Positions 37,350-51,295 of a stretch of 64,000 nucleotides of DNA are shown one piece after another. Source of the stretch: Squalus acanthias (taxonomy: Eukaryota). The position numbers and the translations under genes are program-made. Within the stretch, counting starts at the first letter, position 1. Each line of letters opens with the position of its first letter. The stretch covers positions 134,170,001-134,234,000 of the forward strand of contig CM059431.1 of assembly GCA_030390025.1 (NCBI GenBank). The letters run 5' to 3'. The notes below the pieces were generated by a model. The model saw only the letters and a program-made list of their open reading frames with translations, was not told the origin of the DNA and did not search any database.

Positions 37350-40300
37350 TGTGGCGGATCGCCACCTAAACGGGCATTATCCACTTTTCCGTCCGTGGAC
37401 AAATATCGAGCACCTTCCCTTTAAGGCACCTTACCTTTAAGGCAGGAGTGGGTGGGGCCTCAGGATTTTTCAGAGAATTCTAAGAGCAGTCGGTTCAGCC
37501 ATTTTGTACCATGCAGTTATTAAAAAAGTCTCTTGTTTTCCACACATGGATTCAGCCTTAATTCGTGTTTCGCGGCAGCCTCAACATTGGTGACCCCGAC
37601 GCTCAGAACGTATTCCGAGCACTGCAATGGCGGACACGAACGCAGTTTCCGTGAAACTGCCGGAGTTTTGGGAAAACCAGCCCGAAGCCTGGTTTCTCCA
37701 AGCTGAATCTCGCTTCCGGCTGCGAAACATCACCACAGATGGGACGAAGTACGACTATCTCGTCACATCACTCGGTAGTGCCGCAGTTTCGAAGGTTTGG
37801 ACAGCGCTGCAGAACCCACCAGAGGAAGGCAAGTACGCACATCTCAAGACAGCGCTCCTTAAAAAATTTACGGCCTCGGCATATCAGCGAAACTGCCACC
37901 TCCTCGACCTTCCAGGCCTCGGTGACGCCTCACCGTCAGACCTCCTCTCCCACATGCTCTCCCTCACCGACGAGAGCCCACCCGGATCCCTCTTCCGCAC
38001 GCTGTTCAACCGCCAGCTCCCTCTCAGCATCCGCCCAGCGATCGTGGCGTCCGGCCTCACGAACCTGGAAGCCCTGGCCGATGAGGCCGACAAGCTGCTG
38101 TCCGCTCACTCCAGCCGCGACGTCACTCCGGACCTGGCAGCCAATGCCTGGGCGCGCGCCTCACCGGCCACCACGCGGCCACAAGGGCCTGCCACCAGGC
38201 CCACGGGGCCTTCACGCCCCACTAACCTGGGCCACTGCTACTACCACGCACGGTTCGGCGCCAGGGCACAACGGTGCACACCTCCCTGCTCTTTCAAGTT
38301 CGCCCCCGTACCAGCCCCCGCGATGGCCGTGGGCCACGCGGGCTCCCTGCTGTTCGTCACGGATGACAAAACCGGCCGCCGGTTCCTGTGCGACACTGGG
38401 GCTCAGCACAGCATCATCCCTCCCTCGACATCCAAAAGGGCGAACGAGGACCGGCGCTGGCTGCTGCTAACAGCTCGGAAATCTGGATGTATGGCACCCG
38501 GACAGTCACCCTCGACCTCGCTGGTCGCCGCTACCGATGGGAGTTCATCACTGCCAAGGTGCTCTCCCCTCTCATCGGCGCAGATTTCCTGTGCGCCCAC
38601 GGCCTACTGGTAGACATCCCCCGTCACCGCCTCGTGGACGTGAACACCATGTCCCCCATCCTGGGCGTCATGGCCCCCCGTCAACCCGCCGACATGGCGT
38701 CACAGTGCCACGCCCGGGCCACGGATGACTACTCGGCACTCCTGGACGAATTCCCGGCCCTTACCAATCCGACCTTCTCCGCGGAGGCCGCCAAACACGG
38801 GGTGGAACACTTCATCCCCAGCACAGGCCCCCCAGTGTACGCCCACACCCGCAGGCTGGACCCGACCAAACTGGAGATCGCGCGGACCAAGTTTGCCACC
38901 ATGGAACAGCTCGGCATCATCCGCCGCTCCAACAGTCCCTGGGCCTCCCCACTCCACATCGCCCCCAAACCAGGCGGAGGATGGCGCCCCTGCAGGGATT
39001 ACCGGCGCTTCAACGACGCCAACACCCATGATTGGTACCCCGTGCCGCACATTCAGGACTTCACGGCTAGACTGGCCGGCCGCTCAGTCTTTTCCACGGT
39101 CGACCTGGTGCGCGGCTACCACCAAGTCCCCGTCCACCCCGCGGACGTCCCCAAGACGGCTGTAATCACCCCCTTCGGCCTGTTCAAGTTCCTGCGGATG
39201 CCCTTCGGCCTCAAAAACGCGGCCCAGGCATTCCAACGGCTCATGGACTCGGTCCTTCGGGACCTGAAGTTCCTGTTCGTCTACCTGGATGACATCCTGG
39301 TAGCCAGTTCCTCCAAGCAAGAACACCTCGAACACCTTTGCATCCTGTTCGGGCGCCTCAGCGACCACGGGTTCATCCTCAGCCCAGCCAAATGCCAGTG
39401 CGGCCTGGACAAGATCGACTTCCTCGGCCACCACATCACCCATGCTGGGGCCATTCCCCTGCCCACCAAGGTGCAGGCCGTCCAACAATTTCCCCGCCCC
39501 ACCACCATCAAAGGCCTCCAGGAGTTCCTCGGGATGGTGAATTTCTTCATCCCCAAAGCGGCGTCCCTCATGAGGCCCCTGTATGAAGCCCTCCGGGGCA
39601 GGAGCGGCAAGATGGCGGTCGAATGGACGGCAGACGCGTCCGCCACCTTTGATTCCACCAAGACCGCGCTCGCCAACGCCACCCTGCTCGCGCACCCACG
39701 GCCCAATGCCAGGGTAGCGCTCACCACGGACGCCTCCGACCACGCGGTCGGCGCCGTGTATGAGCAGTGGGTCGACGGCGCCTGGCAACCACTTGCCTTC
39801 TTCAGCCGCCAACTACGCCCCCCAGAGGTCAAGTACAGCACCTTCGACCGCGAGCTCCTCGCGCTGTTCCTGGCGGTCCGCCATTTCCAGTTTTTGCTTG
39901 AAGGCCACCCCTTCACTGCGTTTGTCGACCACAAGCCCCTGACATTCGCAATGGCAAAGACAACCGACCCCTGGTCCACCAGGCAGCAGCGCCAGCTCAC
40001 GGCAGTGTCCGAGTTCACCACGGACATCCAACACGTCTCCGGCCGAGACAATGTGGTAGCCGACTGCCTCTCCCGCCCCGCCATCTACGCCGCACACCTG
40101 GCAGTCGACTACGCTCAACTCGCAGCAGACCAGATCACCGACCCTGATCTGCTCTCCGCACCCACCAACCTACCAGGGCTACGCCTGGCCGACGTCGCCT
40201 GTGGCCCGACCGCAGTCATGGTCAAGTGCGACATATCCCTATGTCAACCTCGGTTCGTCGTCCCAGCGTCCTGGCGCCGCCGGGTATTCGACATTTTCCA

Positions 40301-41675
40301 CAACCTCTCCCACCCCGGCGCCCGCACATCCATCAAATTGGTAGCCAACCGCTTTGTCTGGCGCGGCCTTCACAAGGATGTGCGTACTTGGGCCAACTCC
40401 TGCCTAGCCTGCCAACGGGCCAAGGTACAGCAACACACGAAAGCACCCCTCGAGGAGTTTACCGTCCCCTCGCGGAGATTCGACCACATCCACGTGGACA
40501 TCGTCGGGCCCCTGCCGCCGTCACAAGGCCACACGCACTTGCTGACCATCGTTGACCGCACCACGCGCTGGCCCGAGGCAATTCCACTGACCTCTACCAC
40601 CACCGCCGACATCGCCAGAGCCTTCGTCAGCACCTGGGTCGCACGGTTCGGCGTCCCCTCCGACATGACGTCGGACAGAGGTCCGCAATTTACCTCTGAA
40701 CTCTGGACCGCCGTCGCACGCAATCTCTAGGTGACCATTCACCGCACAACAGCATACCACCCCCAAACCAACGGACTGTGTGAGCGGTTCCACAGATCCT
40801 TGAAGGCATTTCTTCGAGCCAGCCTCCAGGACGGCGCCTGGACCGACCGACTTCCGTGGGTCCTCCTCGGCCTGCGCACCGCGGTTAAAGAAGACCTCCA
40901 TGCATCGGCAGCAGAGCTCGTGTACGGTCAGCCGCTGCGCGTACCCGGCGAGTTCCTGCCCACCGCCACGACACCCTGGTCAGCCGACCAGCAACGCCAC
41001 GACTTCGCCTCACCGACGCTGCAGTTCGCCCCGGTGCCCATTGCCCGACACAGCGAATCCACCTCACACATCCCACTAAGCCTGCACCAGGCACGGTTTG
41101 TTTTCGTCCGGAACGACGCCCACCGCGGACCCCTTCAACCCCTGTACGACAGGCCCTACAAGGTGCTACAGGCTGGGGACAAATTTTTCACCCTGCAAGT
41201 GGGCGACAGGACCGAAAAAGTGTCGGTTGACCGACTCAAGCCAGCACACTCGGAGCCCGGTGAGCAGGTCCCTGTAGCTCATCCACGCGGCCGACCTGCC
41301 CTCAAGCCGGTTCACCCGGCTGCTCCACGCCCGGCCGTTCCACGTCCACCGGCGTCCTACAAGAGCCGCTCCGGCCGGCCCATCAGACCGCCGCACCGTC
41401 TCGTCCACACCTCCTAAGTGGATTCTGGGGGGAGCTGTGTGGCGGATCGCCACCTAAACGGGCATTATCCACTTTTCAGTCCAGGGACAAATATCGAGCA
41501 CCTTCCCTTTAAGGCACCTTACCTTTAAGGCAGGAGTGGGCGGGGCCTCAGGATTTTTCCAGAGAATTCTGGGAGCAGTCTGTTCAGCCATTTTGTACCA
41601 TGCAGTTATTAAAAAAGTCTCTTGTTTTCCACACATGGATTCAGCTTTAATTTGTGTTTCGCGGTAGCCTCAACA
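37350..41675 (+). mobile_element. Full-length Ty3/Gypsy LTR retrotransposon, CsRn1-like
   Basis: LTRs 37350-37586 and 41438-41675 (TG..CA; about 10 substitutions and 1 indel by eye); 4-bp TSD AGGG; PBS TGGTGACCCCGACG at 37588-37601 (tRNA-Trp); G-run PPT before the 3' LTR; Gag CYYHARFGARAQRCTPPC motif. Confidence 0.95.
37627..41417 (+). pseudogene. gag-pol (PR, RT, RNase H, IN) of the CsRn1-like Gypsy, disrupted
   Basis: CDTGA protease, YLDD, TDAS, HPG..C..C, DIVGP, SDRG and ERFH motifs. Frameshift inside the protease (about 38420-38430) and TAG at 40728-40730. Confidence 0.9.
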
Positions 41676-42517
41676 AGGGCCTATTAGAGACCAAAAAGGA
41701 ATCTTGTGTGTGGAGGCGGAAGACATGGGCTTGCAACGTAATGAATACTTTGCATCTGTCTTCACAAAAGAGAGGGACGATGCAGACATTGTTGTTAAGG
41801 AGGAGTATGAAATATTAGATGAGATAAACATAGTGAAAGAGGAAGTATTAAGGGGTTTAGCATCTTTGAAAGTAGATAAATCACCAGAACTGGATGAAAT
41901 GTATCCCATGCTGTTAAGAGAAGGGAGGAAAGAGCAGAGGCTCTGACCATCACTTTTCAATCCTCTCTGGCTACATGTGTGGTGCCAGAGGACTGGAGGT
42001 CTGCTAACAATTTACCGCTGTTTAAAAATGGAGAAAGGAATAGACCGAGTAATTACAGGCCAGTCAGCCTAACCTCGGTGGTGGGCAAATTGTTGGAAAA
42101 AGTTCTGAGGGACAGTATTAATCATCATTTAAAAGACACGGATTAATCAAGGTCAGTCAGCATGGATTTGTTAAGGGAAGATCATGTCTGACTAGATTGA
42201 ATATTTTGAGATGGTAACAAGCAGGGTAGTGCGTTTGATGTAGTCTACATGGATTTTAGCAAGGCTTTTGACAAGGCCCCACATGGCAGACTGGTCAGAA
42301 AAGTAAAAGCCCATGGGATCCAAGGGAAAGTGGCAAGTTGGATCCAAAATTGGCTCAGTGGCAGGAAGCAAAGGGTAATGGTCGATGGGTATCTTTGTGA
42401 CTGGAAGGCTGTTTCCAGTGGGGTTCCGCAGAGCTCAGTGCTAGGTCCCTTGCTTTTTGTGGTATACATCAATGATTTAGACTTCAATGTAGGAGGAATG
42501 ATTAAGAAGTTTGCAGA

Positions 42518-45396
42518 CAGGAAGATGGCTTGAAGTGTGTCTACTTCAATGCAAGGAGCATCCGGAATAAGGTAGGAGAACTTGGAGCGTAGATTGGTAC
42601 TTGGGACTACGATGTGGTGGCCATTACGGAGACATGGTTAGAACAGGGACAGGAATGGTTGTTGGAAGTTCCGGGGTATAGATGTTTCAGTAAGAGTAGG
42701 GAAGTTGGTAAGAAAGGTGGAGGAGTAGCATTGTTAATCAAGGATAGTTTAACAGCGGCAGAAAGGCAGTTTGAGGGGGATCTGCCGTCTGAGGTAATAT
42801 GGGCTGAAGTTAGAAATAGGAAAGGAGCGGTCACGTTGTTAGGAGTTTTCTTCAGGCCCCCAAATAGTAATAAAAATGTGGAGGAAGAAATTGCAAAGCA
42901 GATTATGAATAGGTGTGGAGGTCACAGAGTAGTTGTCATGGGTGACTTCAACTTTCCAAATATTGATTGGAACCTTTATAGGTCAAACAGTTCGGATGGG
43001 ATAGTTTTTGCACAGTGTGTGCAGGAGGGTTTCCTGACACAATATGTGGATAGGCCGACAAGAGGTGGGGCCACGTTGGATTTGGTACTGGGTAATGAAC
43101 CGGGCCAAGTGTTTGATTTGTATGTGGGAGAGCACTTTGGAGATAGTGACCACAATTCGGTAACTTTCACTATTGCAATGGAGAGGGATAGGGCCATACG
43201 GCAGGGTAGGGTTTATAATTGGGGGAGGGGTAATTATGATGCGATTAGGCAAGAATTAGGGAGTATAAGATGGGAACAGAAACTATCAGGGAAAGGCACA
43301 AACGAAAAGTGGAGCTTTTTCATGGAGCAATTACTGCGTGTCCTTGATAGGTATGTCCCTGTCAGGCAGGGAGGAAATGGCCGAGTGAGAGAACCATGGT
43401 TCACAAAAGAGGTTGAATGTCTAGTCAAGAGGAAAAAAGAAGCGTATGTAAGGATGAGAAAACAAGGTTCAGTTGGGTCGATTGAGGGGTACAAGGTAGC
43501 AAGGAATGAGCTAAAAAAAGAGCTTAGGAGAGCTAGGAGGGGGCATGAGAAGTCCTTGGCGGGTCGGATCAAGAAAAACCCCAAGGCTTTTTACTCTTAT
43601 GTGAGAAATAAAAGAATGACCAGGGTGAGGGTAGGGCCGTTCAAGGACAGTAGTGGGAACTTGTGCATGGAGTCAGAAGAGATAGGAGAGGTGATGAATG
43701 AATACTTTTCGTCAGTGTTCACCGAGGAGAGGGGCCATGTTCTTGAGGATGAGAGTGTGATAAAGGTGGATAGGCTGGAGGTGGTAGATGTTCTGAGGGA
43801 AGATGTTTTAGCAATTTTGAAGAACCTGAGGGTCGATAAGTCCCCTGGGCCAGATGGGATATATCCTAGGATTCTTTGGGAGGCAAGGGAGCAGATTGCA
43901 GAGCCTCTGGCTTTGATCTTTGGGTCCTCACTGTCCACGGGGATGGTGCCAGAGGACTGGAGAGTGGCGAATGTTGTTCCTCTCTTCAAGAAAGGAAATA
44001 GGAATGACCCTGGTAATTATAGGCCGGTTAGTCTTACTTCGGTGGTTGGTAAGATAATGGAAAAGGTCCTGAGGGATAGGATTTATGACCATTTGGAAAG
44101 GGGCAACTTAATCAGGGATAGTCAACACGGATTCGTGAAGGGTAAGTCTTGCCTAACAAATTTGATTGAATTCTTTGAGGAGGTAACTAAGTGTGTGGAT
44201 GAAGGTAGAGCAGTTGATGTCGTATACATGGATTTTAGTAAGGCGTTTGATAAGGTTCCCCATGGTCGTCTCATGAAGAAAGTAAGGAGTTGTGGGATAG
44301 AGGGAAATTTGGCAGATTGGATAAGTAACTGGCTATCTCATAGAAGGCAGAGGGTGGTGGTGGATGGAACATTTTCGGACTGGAGACCAGTTACCAGCGG
44401 TGTGCCACAGGGGTCGGTGCTGGGTCCTCTGCTGTTTGTGATTTTTATCAATGACTTGGAGGAGGGGACTGAAGGGTGGATCAGTAAATTTGCTGATGAC
44501 ACCAAGATTGGTGGAGTAGTGGATGAGGTGGAGGGCAGTTGTAGGCTGCAAAGAGACATTGATAGGATGCAGAGCTGGGCCGAAAAATGGCAGATGGAAT
44601 TTAACCCTGATAAGTGCGAGGTGATTCATTTTGGTAGGGCAAATTTGAATAAGGATTACAGGGTCAACGGCAGGGTTCTGAGGAACGTGGAGGAGCAGAG
44701 GGATCTGGGGGTTCATATCCACAGATCTCTGAAGGTTGCCACTCAAGTGGATAGAGCAGTAAAGAAGGCCTATGGTGTGTTGGCGTTTATTAACAGAGGG
44801 TTTGAGTTTAAGAACCGTGAGGTTATGCTGCAACTGTACAGGACCTTGGTGAGACCACATTTGGAATATTGTGTGCAGTTCTGGTCACCTCACTATAGGA
44901 AGGATGTGGAAGCATTGGAAAGAGTGCAAAGGAGATTTACCAGGATGCTGCCTGGTTTGGGGGGGAGGTCTTATGAGGAAAGATTGAGGGAGTTGGGGCT
45001 TTTCTCTTTAGAGCGGAGGAGGATGAGAGGCGACTTAATAGAGGTTTATAAGATGATGAGGGGGATAGATAGAGTGGATGTTCAGAGACTATTTCCTCGG
45101 GTAGAGGCAGCTGTTACAAGGGGGCATAACTATAAGGTGCATGGGGGGAGATATAGAAGGGATGTCTGAGGTAGATTCTTTACTCAGAGAGTGGTTGGGG
45201 TGTGGAATGGACTGCCTGCTGTGATAGTGGAGTCGGACACTTTAGGAACTTTCAAGCGGTTATTGGATAAGCACATGGAGCACACCAGAGTGATAGGGAG
45301 TGTGATAGCTTGATCTTGGTCTCGGACAATGCTCGGCACAACATCGAGGGCCGAAGGGCCTGTACTGTGCTGTACTGTTCTATGTTCTATGTTCTA
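42518..45396 (+). mobile_element. Young CR1 LINE with an almost complete ORF2 (APE endonuclease + RT)
   Basis: 851-aa open frame 42614-45169 (ITETW, GDFN, SDH, PQGSVLGP, FADD), bounded by single premature stops (TAG about 42590, TGA 45167); (ttctatg)n tail. Confidence 0.93.
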
Positions 45397-46225
45397 TGAT
45401 ACAAAAATTGGCCTTGTGGTTGATAGTAAGGAAGAAAGCTGCAGACTGCAGGAAGATATCAATGGACTAGTCAGGTGCGCAGAAAAGTGGCAAATGGAAT
45501 TCAATCCAGAGAAGTGTGAGGTAATGCATATGGGGAGCGTTAATGAGGCAAGGGAATACACAATAAATGGTAGGATACTTAGAAGAGTAGAGGAATAGAC
45601 GGACCTTGGAGTGCATGTCCACAGATCCCTGAAGGTAGCAGGACAGGTAGATATGATGGTTAAGAAGGCATACGGGATTATTTTCCTTTATTCGCCAAGG
45701 CATAGAATATAAGAGCAAGGAGGTTATGCTTGAACTGTGTAAAACATTAGTTAGGCTACAGCTAGAGTACTGTGTACAGTTCTGATCACCTCATTGCAGG
45801 AAAGATGTGATTGCACTAGAGAGGGTATTGAGGAGATTTACAAGGTTGTTGCCAGGCTTGGAGAATTTTAGCTGTGAGGAAAGATTGGATAGGCTGGGGT
45901 TGTTTTCTTTGGAACAGAGGAGGCTGAGGGGAGACCTAACTGAGGTGTATAAAATTATGAGGTGTCTGGATAGAATGGATAGGAAGGACCTATTTTCCCT
46001 AGCAGAGAGGTCAATAACCAGGAGGCATAGATTTAAAGTAATTGGTAGAAGGATTAGAGGGGAGTTGAGGAGAACTTTTTTCACCCAGAGGGTGGTGGGG
46101 GTCTGGAACTGACCCTGAAAAGGTGGTTGAGCCAGAAACGCTCATCACACTTAAAAAGTATTTGGATAAGCACTTGAAGTGCCGTAACCTACAAGACTAT
46201 GGACCAAGAGCTGGATAGTGGGATT

Positions 46226-47130
46226 AGGCTAACTCCTCAAACTCCCTCAGCAGAACCTCATTCTTAGTTCTACCCATATCGTTGGTTCCTATGTGGACCA
46301 CGACAACTGGATCATCCCTCTCCCACTCCAAGTTCTTCTCCAGCCATGAGAAGATATCCTTAACCCTGGCACCAGGCAGGCAACACAGCCTTTGGGACGC
46401 CAGCTCACGACTGCAGAGAACAGTATCTAACCCCTGACTATACTGTCCCCTACCACGACTATATTCCTTATTACTCCCCCAACTTGAATGGCCCCCCTGT
46501 ACCACAGTGCCGTGATCAGTTTGTCCATTCTCCCTGCAGTCCTTGTTCTCAACTACACAGGCAGCGAGTACCTCATACCTGTTGCACAAGGTCAAGGGCT
46601 GAGGCTTCTCCATCACTACATCCTGGGTCCCCATACCTTCCTGACTTGCAGTCACACCCTCCTGTCCCTGACTACTGACTAACTCTAAAGTACTACTTAA
46701 CCTAAGGGACATGACTGCCTCCCGGAACAAAGTACCCAGATAACTCTCCCCCTCCCTGATGCATCGCAATGTCTCCAGCTCAACAACTCTGAGCCGAAGT
46801 TCCTTGAGTTGCAGACACTTACCGCTGATGTGGTTGTCTGGGATATCACTGGTCTCCACAAACTCCCACATGCTGCAGTTACGATATACCACCTGCCCTG
46901 CCATCTCTACATAACATTATTTTATTTCTTTAATTAGTTAAAGTTTTTATTCAATTGATTATTTTTAGTTTTAATTTGTTAATCTAGTTTAAGTTATTAA
47001 TTTAATGAAGTAATAGCAGTTATTGTTTTACCAGCTCTTAATTTAACCCACTACCCTAACATAGAGAGCAAAAAAAGCTGTAATACTCAGCAACCAATCA
47101 CCTACCTGCTGCCTTGTGACGTCACTCCTT
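46226..47130 (-). mobile_element. CR1 5' fragment: 5'UTR and ORF1 (zinc finger/leucine zipper + SGNH esterase-like domain)
   Basis: ORF 46224-46904 with CSMWE..KCLQLKELRLRV, CLPGARVKDI and VVVHIGTND; homologous to 27623-28030. Confidence 0.82.
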
Positions 47131-47544
47131 GATTTTTGATTTACCAAATATACTCTGCATCGCTTCACTCCGTTAAGCCAATGGGACACAGAGTGTATCT
47201 GGCACACAACCATATATCAGCAGATCTGGCTAGAACACATCAAGAACTATCGGGCCCAGTCTCCTCTGCCAAAAATACTCCAGGATCATCTTATAGAGCA
47301 AAGATAACCCCCAGCTTCTTTTCTTTACTACCAGCCATCTCCTTAAACCTCTCTCCCCCGCTGTTTCAATGCTCATTAACAACAAGAGCAAAGAGCTCAT
47401 GGAATTCTTCGGCATAACGACCAGCTGTTCAGATGCCTCTGCTTTGATCCCCCTTCCCCTTAACCACCACGCCAAACCTGCCACTCCCTAGCCCTGAACC
47501 TAAGCCTTTCTCCAGTTTCCCACCCATCTCCCCTCATGCCCTCA

Positions 47545-50445
47545 TTGATCTCAGCTGGGTACAGAAGCCTGGACTAATAATCCAGAGATGTGAGTTCAAA
47601 TCCCACCACGGCAGCTTGTGAATTTGAATTCAGTTAAATCAATAAATCTGGAATAAAATGTTAGTCTCAATAACGGTGACCATGAAACTATCGGATTGTC
47701 ATAGAAACCCAACTGGTTCACTAATGTCCTTTAGGGAATGAAACCTTCCGTCCTTACCCTGTCTGCCCTATATGTGACTCCAGTCCCAATCAATGTGGTT
47801 GACTCTTAACTGCCCTCTGAAATAGCCTAGCAAGCCACCCAGTTGTATCAAACTGCTGCAAAAAGTAAATAGGACTAAAACCGGACGGACCACCCAACAT
47901 TGCTTTGACATCGGATTCAGACATGACAAAGGCACACCCAGCCCACTAACATCTGGGGACATATGCCAAAATTGGGAGAAAGCTGTCCCATAGACTCATC
48001 AAGCAACAACCTGACCTAACAGCCAATGTCCCAAACACCTCCATCACCCTCCCTGGGTATGTTATGTCCTGACCCACCAGAGGTAGCGACACAGTGGTAT
48101 ACAAGTGAGAGAGAGTGGACCTGGGAGTCATTAACATTGACACTGGACCACATGAAGTCTTATAGTCTCATGTCAAACACGGGCAAGGAAACCTCCTGCT
48201 GATCACCACCTACTGCTCTGCCTCAGCTGTTGAATCAGTACATGTTGAACACAACTGAGGATAGCAAGGGCAGACAATATACTCTGGGTGGGGGACTTCA
48301 GTGTTCATCACCAAGAGTGGCTCGGTAGCACCACTACTAAGTGAGTTGGCCGAGCACTGAAGAACACAGCTGCCAGACAGGGCTTGCAACAGGTAACGAG
48401 AACCAACACGAGGGAAAAACCTACTTGACTTCCTCCTCACCAATCTAACTGTCGCAGATGCACTGCACAGTCTTTGTGGAGACAAAGTCCTGTCTTCACT
48501 CCAAGAACACCGTCCATCAAGCTGTGTGGCACTGCCATGTGGTGGCGATTTAGAACAGATCTAGCAGCTAAAAACTGGGCATTCATGAAGTGCTGTGGGC
48601 CATGAGCAGTAGCAGAATTGTATTCCACCACAATCTGTAACCTCACATTACCTCTCTACCATTACCATCAAAGCCAGGCGATAAACCCTGTGCTGTAGAG
48701 TGTAGAAGAGCATGCCAGCAGGCGTATCTGAAAATGAGGTGCCAATCTGGTGAAGCTACAAAACAGAACTGACATGCATGCTAAACAGCAGAAGCAACAT
48801 GCTATAGTCAAAGCTAAGTGATCCTACAACCAACAAATCAGATCAAAGCTCTGCAGTCCTGCCATATCAAGTCGTGAATGGTGGTGGAGAATTAAACAAC
48901 TAACGGGAGGAGAAGGCTCCATGAATATCCCCATTCTCAACGAGGCTGAAGTATTCGCAACCATCTTCAGCCAGAAGTGGCGAGTGGATGATCCATCTCG
49001 GCCTCTTCCTGAGGTCCTCACCATCAGACACCAGTCTTCAGTCAATTCAATTTACTCCACATGATATCAATAAACAGCTGAGCACAATGTCGTGCTAAAG
49101 ACTTGTGCTCCAGAACTAGCCGTGCCTCTAGCCAAGCTGTTCCAGTACAGCTGCAACACTTGCATCTACCCGACAAAGTGGAAAATTACCCAGGTATGTC
49201 CTGCCCACAAAAAGTAGTATAAATCCAATCCGGCCAATTACGGCCCCATCAGTCTACTCTCAATCATCAGCAAAGTGATGGAAGGTGTCATCAACAGTGT
49301 TATCAAGTTGTCAATAACCTGCTCACCAATGCCCAGTTTGGGTTCCACCAAGACCACCTAGCTCCAGACCTCATTACAGCCTTGGTCCAAACATGGACAA
49401 AAGAGCCGAGTTCCAGAGGTGTGGTGAGAGTGACTGCCCTTTACATCAAGGCAGCATTTGACCAAGTATGGCACCAAGGAGCCCTAGTAAAATTTAAGTC
49501 AATGGGAATCGGGAAAGGCCAATCATCTCAGCCCCAAGGCATCGCTGCAGGAGTTAATCAGGAAAGTCCTAGGCCCAACCATCTTCAGCTGCTTCATCAA
49601 TGACCTTTCCTCCATCATAAGGTCAGAAGTGGGGATGTTCGCTGATGATTGTACAGTGTTCAGTTCCATTCACAATTCCTCAGATAACAAAGTAGTTTGT
49701 GCTTGCATGCAGAAAGACTTGGACAACATCCAGGCTTGGGCTGATAAGTGGCAAGTAACATTCGTGCCACACAAGTGGCAGGCAATGACCATCTCCAACA
49801 AGAGAGTTTAACCAACGCCCCTTGACATTTAACAGCATTTCCATCATCAAATTCCCCACCATCAACATGCTGGGGGTCACCATTGACCAGACACTGAACC
49901 GGACCAGCCACATAAATACTGTGGCTATAAGAGCAGGTCAGAGGCTGGGTAATCTGAGGCAAGTGACTCATCTCCTGACTCCCCAAAGCCTTTCCACCAC
50001 CTACAAGGCACAAATCAGGATTGTAATGGAATAATCCCCACTTGCCTGGATGAGTGAAGCTCTAACACTCAAGAAGCTCAACGACATTCAGGACAAAGCG
50101 GCCCGCTTGATCGGCACCCCATCCACCATCTTAAACATTCACTCCCTCCACAACCGGCACAACGTGGCTACAGTGTGTACCATCTACAAGATGCACTGCA
50201 GCAACTTGTCAATTCTTCTTCAAAAGCACCTCCCAAACCCATGACCTCTACCAGCTAGAAGGACAAGGGCAGCAGGCACATGGAAACACCACCACCTCCA
50301 AGTTCCTTTCCAAGTCACACACCAACCAGACTTGGAAATATAACGCCATTCCTTGATCGTCGCTGGGTCAAAAATCCTGAAACTCCCTACTTAACAGCAC
50401 TGTGGGAGTACCTTCAAGCGATTCAAGAAGGTGGCTCACCACCAC
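47545..50445 (+). mobile_element. Near full-length but degenerate family B LINE including its 5' region
   Basis: Fragmented endonuclease and RT ORFs (GDFS, ALYIKAAFD, MFADD), colinear with the other family B copies. Confidence 0.78.
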
Positions 50446-51295
50446 TACGACCATACTACATTATCACTCCTTGTCCTCTCTGCAACCTTTGACATGGTCA
50501 ATCACCCCATCCTCCTCCAATGCCTCTCTTCCATTCAGTGCCTTTGCTTCGTTCCACTTTTACCTATCCAATCATAGCCAGCGCATATCCATCAATGGCT
50601 CCTCTTCCCACCCCCTGCACTGTTACCTCCGGGGTCCCCCTCAGATTTATCCTTGGTCCCCTCCTCGTCATCATCTATATGCTGCCACTTGGCAACATTA
50701 TCCGAAAACATGGGGTCAGCTTCCACATTTACACTCACAACACATAGCTTTATCTTTTAACCAGCTCTCTCAACCCCTCCACTGTCCGTGTTGTCAGACA
50801 GGTTGTTTGACATTCAGTCTTGGATGAGCTGAAATTTCTCCCAGCAAAACATTGGGAAAATCAAAACCATCGTTTTTGCCCCCCACCACACGTTCCATAC
50901 CCTTGCCACCGACTCCATCCCATTCCCTGGCCACTATTATCTCAGGCTGAATCCGACTGCTCATAACCTCGGTGTCCTATTCAACCCCAACCCAATATCC
51001 TCTCCATCACCTAAATCATGTAATTCCAAGTAACATCGTGTCGTAAGAATGAGCCTTACGCGTGGTGAACTTAAAGTAAGCTTTAATCAACTAAAAAGGT
51101 GCTACATACAAAAGAGGTCTTACTCTATGCCTCTCCAGGATCCAACTGATCAGTCCAGTATTTATCCTGGACTGATCACAGGAAGTGATGCAATAAAGTT
51201 CGAGTCACAGGAAGCTGTATTGTGTTACCACATTCTCCCCCCCCAAAAGATTAGGAGGCCAGGAAGAAGTTCGAGTCACAGGAAGCTGTATTGTG

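Larger units (their letters stand above)
36740..46226 (+). mobile_element. Degenerate CR1 ORF2 hosting a Gypsy element and a younger CR1
   Basis: Host reads through aaagagtaggg|cctattagag and KFA|DDTKIG (tttgcaga|tgatacaaaa). Confidence 0.85.

Noticed and set aside
38388..38613. Programmed gag/pol ribosomal frameshift
   Set aside because: The frame change falls just after the DTGA active site within the protease and I see no slippery heptamer; a mutation is more likely.
39084..40084. Long antisense ORFs in the first Gypsy
   Set aside because: Expected shadows of a GC-rich coding strand; no recognisable motifs.
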